This document shows, piece by piece, positions 22,791-29,598 of a DNA stretch of 32,000 bases. Position numbers and translations under genes: made by a program. The notes under the pieces are model-generated. The model was not told the DNA's origin, did not search any database, and saw only the letters and a program-made list of their open reading frames with translations. The DNA is taken from positions 1,500,001 through 1,532,000 of the forward strand of contig NZ_CP030918.1 in NCBI RefSeq assembly GCF_003324675.1, written 5' to 3'. The stretch is from Paracoccus suum (GTDB lineage: Bacteria > Pseudomonadota > Alphaproteobacteria > Rhodobacterales > Rhodobacteraceae). Each line of letters opens with the position of its first letter. The stretch's first letter is position 1.

Positions 22791-24149
22791 CTAACCGGCG
22801 GGCAGGATCACATCGGCCTGCTCGCCGCCGCCTTGACGCGGCGACAGGCGCAACTCGCCGCCCATCGCCTGCACGGCGGCCGCCACTATCGAGAGGCCAA
22901 GCCCGCTGCCCCCGCCCGACGCGCTCGCCGCGCCGCGATAGAAGCGCTCGGTGACATGCGGGCGATCCGCCTCGGCGATGCCGGTCCCCCGGTCCAGCAC
23001 GCTGAAGCGCACCGCGTCGCCATCCTGGACAAGCCGCGCCTGCACCACCGCACCACGGGGCGAGGCGAGGATCGCGTTCTCGAGCAGATTGCGAAGCGCG
23101 GGCGCCAGCAGCGCCGCCTGCGTGGTGCGCCATTTCGCTTGACCGGTTTTCAGCCGCAACTCGACGCCGCGCGATTTCGCCAGCCCGGCCAGTTGGCCAG
23201 CCACGTCGGCAAGTACGCTCGCGCCGTCTTGCGCGGGGGCCTGTGCACTGTCGATGGTGTTCTCGGCCGCCGTCATGTCCAGCAGCTGGCGCACCATGCG
23301 GTCGGTGCGATCGACAGCCAGCGTGATCTGCGTCAGCGCCCGCTCGCGCGTCGCGGCATCGGGCGCAAGAGCGGCGATCTGGGCCTGCGTCTTCAGCCCG
23401 GCAAGCGGGGTCTTCAACTCGTGGGCGGCAAAGGCGGTGAAGCTGCGCTCGCGCTCGCGTAGCCCCTCGACGCGGCGGAAAAGGCCGTTCAGCGCCTCGG
23501 TCATCGGTCGCAGTTCGGCCGGACCGCGGGTCTGCGTCAGCGGGCTGAGGTCGGTCGCCGGACGGCGCGACAGCGCATGGGCGAGGCGGTCCAGCGGCTC
23601 CAGCCCGTGGCGCACGGCCAGCCAGATCATCCCCGCCAGCAGCGGCAGGATCAGGATCGCTGGCGCCAGCAGGCCGATGGCAACGCCCCGCACCAGCCTC
23701 TCGCGCACGCTGAGGGCGTCGCCGACCATGACGCGGACCCCCAGATCCTCATCGACATGGGTATAGACCCGCCACACCTCACCATCGATGGTGTTTTCGC
23801 TGAAGCCGGCCTGCGCCGACAATTGCCCCGAGGGCGCGCCGGCGGATTCGCTCTTCAGCTGGCCGTCAAAGCCCCAGACCTGACAGATCAGCTGGCGCGC
23901 GACGTCGTGCCGCCCAGTCTGTGACAGGGCCGGGACCTCGTCCACCAGCCGCGCGGCGTCGGGGCCGGCGATGCCGCCGTTGCGCTGGATCAGCGAAGCG
24001 ACCATCTGCGCCGATTCCTGCAAGCGCCGGTCCAGCACATGGCCGACCTCGCTGCGGGTGGAATGCTGGATCCAGGCGACGGCCGACAGCCAGATTGCCC
24101 CGGTGGCAAGCAGCAGGATGACAAACAGGCGCCCGCGGATCGACGTCAT
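22791..24149 (-). CDS. Sensor histidine kinase, QseC/PmrB-like
   Basis: 452 aa with two TM helices flanking a ~130-aa periplasmic domain, a HAMP region, the H-box FTAFAAHELKTPLAGL, the N-box LLENAILAS, and the G-boxes DRGTGI and GSGLGLSIV. The start overlaps the regulator stop (ATGA at 24146-24149). Confidence 0.9.
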   Translation of the reverse strand: MTSIRGRLFVILLLATGAIWLSAVAWIQHSTRSEVGHVLDRRLQESAQMVASLIQRNGGIAGPDAARLVDEVPALSQTGRHDVARQLICQVWGFDGQLKSESAGAPSGQLSAQAGFSENTIDGEVWRVYTHVDEDLGVRVMVGDALSVRERLVRGVAIGLLAPAILILPLLAGMIWLAVRHGLEPLDRLAHALSRRPATDLSPLTQTRGPAELRPMTEALNGLFRRVEGLRERERSFTAFAAHELKTPLAGLKTQAQIAALAPDAATRERALTQITLAVDRTDRMVRQLLDMTAAENTIDSAQAPAQDGASVLADVAGQLAGLAKSRGVELRLKTGQAKWRTTQAALLAPALRNLLENAILASPRGAVVQARLVQDGDAVRFSVLDRGTGIAEADRPHVTERFYRGAASASGGGSGLGLSIVAAAVQAMGGELRLSPRQGGGEQADVILPAG

Positions 24150-24823
24150 GGCGAGCCACCGTCGGCCGGGTTCAGCAGGCGGTAGCCCGCGCCGCGAACG
24201 GTCTGGATGAAGTCGCGGCCCAGCTTCGCGCGCAATTTGTGAACGTGAACCTCGACCGTGTTGCTCTCGACATCCTCCTGCCAGCCGTAAAGCCGCTCTT
24301 CCAGCTGCGCCTTGGACAGGATGCGGCCGGGATGTTCGGCCAGGGCGTGCAGGACGCTGAATTCCCGGCGCGAAAAGCTCAACTCACGCCCGCCGATGCG
24401 ACCGTTCTGCGTGGCGGGATCGAGGCTGAGGCCGTTCCATTCGATCACTGCCGTCGCCCGCCCCTCCTGACGGCGCAACATGGCGCGGATGCGGGCGGCA
24501 AGCTCGGTCAAATCGAACGGCTTGCCGAGGTAGTCATCCGCCCCCGCGTCGAGGCCCGAGACACGGTCGCGCACCTCGTCGCGGGCGGTCAACAGCAGGA
24601 CGGGAATCCGCGATCCCGCCGCGCGGAGTTCGTTCAGCAGATCGAGGCCCGAGCCGTCCGGGAGCATGACGTCCAGCACGACCCCGGCAAAGCCGCCCCC
24701 GAGGAGTGCCGCGCGCGCATCAGCCAGCGTTCCGGCGGTATCGGCGGTAAAGCCCGACAGGCGCAGCCCGACGCTCAATCCGTCCAGCAGCAGCGGGTCG
24801 TCCTCGATAATCAGCAAGCGCAT
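24146..24823 (-). CDS. OmpR-family response regulator, QseB/PmrA(BasR)-like
   Basis: 225 aa: MRLLIIEDDPLL...VLDVMLPDGSG...LTARD...KPF, with the winged-helix end NTVEVHVHKLRAKLGRDFIQTVRGAGYRL. This closely resembles BasR/QseB (NTLEVHIHNLRDKVG..IRTVRGFGYML). AGGAAA lies 7-8 nt upstream. Confidence 0.9.
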   Translation of the reverse strand: MRLLIIEDDPLLLDGLSVGLRLSGFTADTAGTLADARAALLGGGFAGVVLDVMLPDGSGLDLLNELRAAGSRIPVLLLTARDEVRDRVSGLDAGADDYLGKPFDLTELAARIRAMLRRQEGRATAVIEWNGLSLDPATQNGRIGGRELSFSRREFSVLHALAEHPGRILSKAQLEERLYGWQEDVESNTVEVHVHKLRAKLGRDFIQTVRGAGYRLLNPADGGSP

Positions 24824-24868
24824 GGGATGATTTCCTTGCCCGAGATGATCACAGTCTCGCCGCCCATG

Positions 24869-24885
24869 CTTAAGCGGGGCTTAAG
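24869..24885. promoter_or_regulatory. Tandem CTTAAG-N5-CTTAAG box (copy 3), in the divergent regulator/oxidase intergenic region
   Basis: GCTTAAGCGGGGCTTAAGC, with hexamers at 24869-74 and 24880-85. It lies 46 nt upstream of the response-regulator ATG (minus strand). On the plus strand it is followed by TAGCT at the same +10 offset (24896-900) and by a copy of the dsbD 5' end. Confidence 0.55.
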
Positions 24886-25028
24886 CTCGCGTCTCTAGCT
24901 GGTCGGGCGTGATGACAAGATTGTTCCGCCGCTGCTGCGTCGTTTTGTCGGTGGCGAAGGCCCGTGGCCCTCGGTAAACGCCTGATCCCGAGATTGTCCG
25001 AGGGGGCGGCTCGGGACGCAGGCCGGAC

Positions 25029-25045
25029 CTTAAGGCTCGCTTAAG
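25029..25045 (+). promoter_or_regulatory. Tandem CTTAAG-N5-CTTAAG box (copy 4), upstream of the oxidase operon
   Basis: CCTTAAGGCTCGCTTAAGG, with hexamers at 25029-34 and 25040-45. GATAAG follows 10 nt downstream (25056-61) as a -10-like element. It lies about 100 nt upstream of the ccoN-like start. Confidence 0.55.
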
Positions 25046-25147
25046 GTTTGCCGCCGATAAGCCGGCCGCTCGAGATTCGCGTGAATCCGGGCGGGCCGTT
25101 TCCGACCCGCCATGGCTCCGCCGGGACGCACAGAAGGACCGTCCGCA

Positions 25148-26698
25148 ATGTTGATTACCATGGGCCTGCTTCTGGCCCTCAGCTTCGTTGTTTCGCTGCT
25201 TGCCCTGACCTTCCTGATCTGGGCGATCGCGACGCGGCAGTTCGCGCTGGACCGCGCCCAGGCCAAGACGGTCTTCGGCAAGGAGGCAGCCGAGCCCGAT
25301 ACGGACGGCACGCATCTGTTCGACACCACCGGGATCGACCGCGTCTCGGCCCGGCCAGTGCGGCTACTGATCCTGGGCGCGATCTTCTGGCTGCTGCTGG
25401 CATCAGCCTTCGGAGTGATCGCCTCGCTCAAGCTGCACTGGCCGGACTGGCTGAACCAGGCCGCGCCCCTGACCTTTGGCCGGATGCGCGCGCTGCACCT
25501 GAACCTCGTGACCTACGGCTGGCTGTCGCAGATCGGCATCGCCTGCATGTACTGGATCCTGCCGCGCATCTTCCGCACCCAACTGCGCTCGCCACAACTG
25601 GCGGTGATCGGCTTCTGGCTGTGGAACATCGGCGTCACGCTGGGCGCCGTGACCTTCGCCTGGGGTTGGACCGATGGCGAGGAATGGCTGGAGTTCGCCT
25701 GGCAGTTTGACATGCTGCTGGTCCTCGCCGGGGTATTTTTCGTCGTGCCGCTGGTACGCACGGCGCGGGCGCGCGAGGTCGACCATATCTACGTCACCGG
25801 CTGGTATTTCCTGGCCGCAATGGTCTGGTTCCCCTGCCTTTTCTTCATCGCCAACTTCCCGGGCATTCACTACGGGGTCGAGGAGGCGACCGTGAACTGG
25901 TGGTTTGCCCACAACGTCCTCGGCCTCTGGCTGACGCCGCTGGGGGTCGGGACGGCCTATTATTTCATCCCCAAGATCATCGGCAAACCGATCTATTCCT
26001 ATTCACTGTCGTTGATCGGCTTCTGGGGGCTCGCGCTCTTTTACAGTCAGGTTGGCATCCACCACCTGATCGGCGGTCCGTTGCCGACCTGGGTGGTCAC
26101 GCTCTCGATCGTGCACTCGATGATGATGTTCATCCCGGTCATCGCGGTGGCGATCAACCAGCATGTGACGGTGGCGCGCAACACCTGGGCACTGCGGGAA
26201 TCGCTGCCGCTGCGCTTCATCGCCTTCGGAGCGGTGATGTACACGCTGGCTTCGTTCCAGGGCTCGATCGAGGCGCTGCGCTCGGTCAACACGATCACGC
26301 ACTTCACCCATTACACCGTCGGCCATGCCCATCTGGGGGCCTATGCCTTTGTCTCGATCGTCATGTTCGGCGCGGCCTACCACATCATGCCGCGCATGGT
26401 GGGGCGCGAGTTCGCCTATCCCGGCCTGATCCGCCTGCACTTCTGGTTGGTGGTGCTCGGCTTTGCGATCTACTTCTTCGCGCTGACCATCGGCGGCGTG
26501 CTGCAGGGCCTCGCGATGCTTGATGCGACCCGCAGTTTTGCGGAAAGCGTGATGGTAACGAAGCCGTATCTGGAAGCGCGGTCGGTCGGCGGCACGATGA
26601 TGGCGCTGGGCCATGTCGTCTTTGCCGCCAACATCATCGGCATCCTGCGCGCCCCGCGCCGTGCCCTCCAACCCCAAAGCAGCGTGCCGGCAGAATGA
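25148..26698 (+). CDS. ccoN: cbb3-type (C-family) heme-copper oxidase subunit I with an N-terminal CcoS/FixS-like fusion
   Basis: The ATG at 25148 has GAAGGA 9 nt upstream. The first ~50 aa, MLITMGLLLALSFVVSLLALTFLIWAIATRQFALDRAQ, resemble CcoS (..FxWAxxSGQFDD..). The rest carries CcoN hallmarks: RALHLN, NWWFAHNVLGLWLTP..YYFIPK, FYSQVGIHH (Tyr six residues before the HH CuB ligands) and HYTVGHAHLG. Confidence 0.85.
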   Translation: MLITMGLLLALSFVVSLLALTFLIWAIATRQFALDRAQAKTVFGKEAAEPDTDGTHLFDTTGIDRVSARPVRLLILGAIFWLLLASAFGVIASLKLHWPDWLNQAAPLTFGRMRALHLNLVTYGWLSQIGIACMYWILPRIFRTQLRSPQLAVIGFWLWNIGVTLGAVTFAWGWTDGEEWLEFAWQFDMLLVLAGVFFVVPLVRTARAREVDHIYVTGWYFLAAMVWFPCLFFIANFPGIHYGVEEATVNWWFAHNVLGLWLTPLGVGTAYYFIPKIIGKPIYSYSLSLIGFWGLALFYSQVGIHHLIGGPLPTWVVTLSIVHSMMMFIPVIAVAINQHVTVARNTWALRESLPLRFIAFGAVMYTLASFQGSIEALRSVNTITHFTHYTVGHAHLGAYAFVSIVMFGAAYHIMPRMVGREFAYPGLIRLHFWLVVLGFAIYFFALTIGGVLQGLAMLDATRSFAESVMVTKPYLEARSVGGTMMALGHVVFAANIIGILRAPRRALQPQSSVPAE

Positions 26699-27318
26699 AC
26701 CGCTATCTTCCCCTCGTGCTGATCTCGCTCGGGATCCTCGCATTTGCGACCCTGTTTCTGGTGATCGCGCCGGGCATCCAGATTGCCCAGCGCGCAGTCT
26801 CTGAAGGGCTGCGCCCCTATACCGAACAGGAGGCGCGCGGCCGCGCGCAATATGTCAGTCTTGGCTGCGTCTACTGCCACAGCCAGCAGCCCCGCTCGCC
26901 CGACCAGGCCCCGGACGGAGAACGCGGCTGGGGCCGTCCTGCCGTCGCGGGAGATTATGTCTTCGACCGTCCGCACCAGCTGGGGACGATGCGCACCGGC
27001 CCGGACCTGCTGAACGTCGGCGCGCGCCTGCCCTCGGCAAGCTGGCAGCTGACGCATCTCTATCAGCCCCGTGCAATCTTTCCGTGGTCGATCATGCCGG
27101 CCTATCCGTATCTGTTCGAGAAAAAGGCAAAGGCAGCCGAAGGCGACACCGTTGTTGTTCTGCCCAACGGCGTCGGCCCGGCGGATGGCGGCGTCATTGT
27201 CGCCCGTCCCGAGGCGCTGGATCTGGCTGCTTACCTGCTGTCGCTCGACCGGACCTATCCGGTGCCCGCAAACTCGCTCCGGGACGACGGTTTCGCCCGC
27301 CGGGGAGCAAGCTCATGA
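26695..27318 (+). CDS. ccoO: cbb3-type oxidase monoheme subunit II (CcoO/FixO-like)
   Basis: The start overlaps the ccoN stop (ATGA). There is an N-terminal TM anchor, then GRAQYVSLGCVYCHSQQPR (CxxCH), GTMRTGPDLLNVG and WSIMPAYPYLF, matching the CcoO pattern. Confidence 0.85.
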   Translation: MNRYLPLVLISLGILAFATLFLVIAPGIQIAQRAVSEGLRPYTEQEARGRAQYVSLGCVYCHSQQPRSPDQAPDGERGWGRPAVAGDYVFDRPHQLGTMRTGPDLLNVGARLPSASWQLTHLYQPRAIFPWSIMPAYPYLFEKKAKAAEGDTVVVLPNGVGPADGGVIVARPEALDLAAYLLSLDRTYPVPANSLRDDGFARRGASS

Positions 27319-28562
27319 ACCGGCCCGACAAGCAGCCCGTCAAATCCCGGCTTGCCGACGAGGGCTACGAGCCGTGGGAGAACAACAGGCGCATCCCGCT
27401 GCCGGTGATCTGGGTCGCCGTGGCGCTGGCCGTCTGGGGTACGGCAACGCTGCTTCGCGATAGCGGCAGCTACGCGGTCGCCCAGAACGAGCGCCAATCC
27501 GGCGAGACTGTGGCCGCCGAGGCGCCGGAGGGCGGCGAGGCGCTGTTCCTCGCCCGCTGCTCGACCTGTCACCAGCCCAACGGCGCCGGCGTCCGGCTGG
27601 CTGTTCCCCCCCTGCACGGGTCTGACTTTGCAAAGGCAGGCCCGGAGGTCGTCGCCCAGATCATGCTGCGCGGCATCGACGGCCCCATTCGGGTCTCGGG
27701 CTTTGCGTATGACGGGCGCATGCCAAGCTTTGCCGCGGCGCTGAACGATGGTGATATCGCGCAGATCGCATCTTTCGTTGCCAACCGCTTTGGCGGGACC
27801 GGGGCCGCGCTCGAGGCCGGGCAGGTGGCCACCCTGCGTGCCGCGCAGGCGAACAAGGGCAGCTGGCAAGGCGGCGCCGAACTGGCCGCGCTGGTCCCCG
27901 ATCTACCCACGCAGCCACCGATGCCGGCAGAGGCAAAGCCTGCGACCGATCCTGCCATCTCGGCCCTGGTCTTTGCCGGCAAGAGCGATGCCTGGTCCTG
28001 CGCCAGCTGTCACGGCGATCTGGGGCAGGGGACCGAGAACACGCCGCGCCTCGCCGGTCTCGCGCAGGGCTACATCGCCCGCCAGCTGCGCGATTTCCGC
28101 CAAGGCGAGCGCCATAACGAAAGCATGAATTCGGTCGCAAAAGCCCTGAACGATCATGAGATCCACGGGCTGGCCGCCTATTACGCCCGCCAGCGGGTCG
28201 CCTCTGCCGCGCAGCCCGCGCTTGGCGGCGATCTGGCGCGGGGCGAGCAGATCGCGCTGCAGGGCGATTGGAGCATCGGCGTTCCGGCCTGTTTCAGCTG
28301 CCATGGCCCGTCGGGCTTTGGCGTGGCACCCGATTTCCCGGCGCTGGCGGCGCAGCAGCCAGCCTACATCGCCAGCCAGCTCGCTGCCTGGGCGGGCGGT
28401 CATCGCAACAACTCGCCGCTTGGTCTGATGGACCGGATTTCCGAGGCGTTGCCCGAGGCTGACCGTCGCGCCGTGGCCGACTACCTCGCCTCGCTGCCGG
28501 CAGTTCCGGCGCCCGAACAGCGGGCCGAGGCAAAGATTGATGGGGGTAAGGATGAGCTCTGA
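27315..28562 (+). CDS. Membrane-anchored triheme cytochrome c: a CcoP-like monoheme domain plus a c4/TsdB-like diheme domain
   Basis: The ATG at 27315 overlaps the ccoO stop (ATGA); the track start at 27084 lies inside ccoO. There is a TM helix (IPLPVIWVAVALAVWGTATLL) and three CxxCH motifs: CSTCH, CASCH and CFSCH. The last two domains have the repeated ...PRLAGLAQGYIARQLRDFRQGER... / ...PALAAQQPAYIASQLAAWAGGHR... pattern of c4-type diheme cytochromes. Confidence 0.8.
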   Translation: MNRPDKQPVKSRLADEGYEPWENNRRIPLPVIWVAVALAVWGTATLLRDSGSYAVAQNERQSGETVAAEAPEGGEALFLARCSTCHQPNGAGVRLAVPPLHGSDFAKAGPEVVAQIMLRGIDGPIRVSGFAYDGRMPSFAAALNDGDIAQIASFVANRFGGTGAALEAGQVATLRAAQANKGSWQGGAELAALVPDLPTQPPMPAEAKPATDPAISALVFAGKSDAWSCASCHGDLGQGTENTPRLAGLAQGYIARQLRDFRQGERHNESMNSVAKALNDHEIHGLAAYYARQRVASAAQPALGGDLARGEQIALQGDWSIGVPACFSCHGPSGFGVAPDFPALAAQQPAYIASQLAAWAGGHRNNSPLGLMDRISEALPEADRRAVADYLASLPAVPAPEQRAEAKIDGGKDEL

Positions 28563-29598
28563 AAAACACGAGGACCCGGGCCAGGGCCGCAGCGTGAAGC
28601 GGCTGATCTATTCTGTCGGCGGGGGACTTGTTCTGGTGGCCATCGGCGCCCTGGCGCTCGAGTCGGATCTGCTGCCGACATGGATCAGCGGCCGCACGAC
28701 GGAGGCGCCGGCCGCCCAAAGCGCCTTCTTTCAGCCCCCCTCCGAGGATGAACTGCCTGAAGGCCCCTTTGGCGAGGCCGTCAAGCGTGGTCGCGATATC
28801 TTCATGAACACGTCCACCAATGCCGGGGAATACGTCGGCAACGGGCTGTCCTGCTCGAACTGCCACCTCGACGGCGGCCGCCAGCCGATGGCAGCGCCAA
28901 TGTGGGCGGCCTGGACGCGCTATCCGATGTATCGAAAGAAGAACAACCAGATCAATACGATGGAAGATCGGGTGATGGGTTGCTTCAGCTATTCGATGAA
29001 CGCCCAGCATTCGGTCTCGGGTGGCCCGCCGCCGCATGGCAGCGACATCTACCGCGATCTGGACAGCTATTTCTACTGGCTCGCCACCGGCGCGCCGACC
29101 AACGTCCCGATGGAGGGCAACGGCTTTGGCAAGGTCGCCAAGACCGAGGCCGGCTATTCCTCCGACCGCGGGGCCCAGGTCTTCTCGGCCAACTGCGCAG
29201 TCTGCCACGGCGAGGACGGGCAGGGCCAGACCGATGCCAACGGCCGGATCGTGTTCCCACCGCTGTGGGGACCGAACAGCTATAACTGGGGCGCGGGCAT
29301 GGCCAAGATCGACACCGCCGCCGCTTTCGTGCAGCACAACATGCCGCTCTCCCAGCCGGGCAAGTTGTCCGACCAGGAGGCCTGGGACGTCGCCGCATAT
29401 ATCGACAGTCACGAGCGGCCCAAGGATCCCCGCCAGGGCAAGGGCACGGTCGAGGAGAACCGCAAGAAGTCCCATGACGGCGACGCGACCTATTACGGCC
29501 AGGTGCTTAATGGCACCCTGATCGGCGTCGGCACGCCCGACCCGGCGCGGCCGGTGGGCGCGCCCGATGCCCCGGCCGGGGTCACGCCGCCGGAATGA
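28552..29598 (+). CDS. tsdA: TsdA-family diheme cytochrome c (thiosulfate dehydrogenase / tetrathionate reductase-like), membrane anchored
   Basis: Heme motifs are CSNCH and CAVCH. A conserved Cys lies in RVMGCFSYSMN, the position of the His/Cys-ligating Cys in TsdA. FPPLWGPNSYNWGAGMAKIDTAAAFVQHNMPLSQPGKLSDQEAWDVAAYI closely parallels Allochromatium TsdA (FPPLWGPRSFNTGAGM...FIKHKMPLG..LSDEEAWDVAGFV) as I recall it. There is an N-terminal TM segment (LIYSVGGGLVLVAIGALAL). Alternative starts exist at 28537 (TTG) and 28540 (ATG). Confidence 0.7.
   Translation: MSSEKHEDPGQGRSVKRLIYSVGGGLVLVAIGALALESDLLPTWISGRTTEAPAAQSAFFQPPSEDELPEGPFGEAVKRGRDIFMNTSTNAGEYVGNGLSCSNCHLDGGRQPMAAPMWAAWTRYPMYRKKNNQINTMEDRVMGCFSYSMNAQHSVSGGPPPHGSDIYRDLDSYFYWLATGAPTNVPMEGNGFGKVAKTEAGYSSDRGAQVFSANCAVCHGEDGQGQTDANGRIVFPPLWGPNSYNWGAGMAKIDTAAAFVQHNMPLSQPGKLSDQEAWDVAAYIDSHERPKDPRQGKGTVEENRKKSHDGDATYYGQVLNGTLIGVGTPDPARPVGAPDAPAGVTPPE

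Noticed and set aside
24824-25147. FNR/FnrL box (TTGAT-N4-ATCAA) upstream of the cbb3-like oxidase operon
   Set aside because: None was found on reading the intergenic region. Only the CTTAAG tandem boxes stand out.
27084-27314. Upstream extensions of track ORFs. This coordinate pair is the triheme-cytochrome case (27084 versus 27315). The same problem occurs at 13606 (deoC), 25112 (ccoN), 12561, 20190, 22032, 17481 and 18394
   Set aside because: The extensions overlap the preceding gene, or they use TTG/GTG without an SD and encode Arg/Pro-rich junk ahead of a clean signal peptide or TM start. Internal ATGs with an SD or ATGA coupling were preferred. The exact starts remain uncertain by a few codons.
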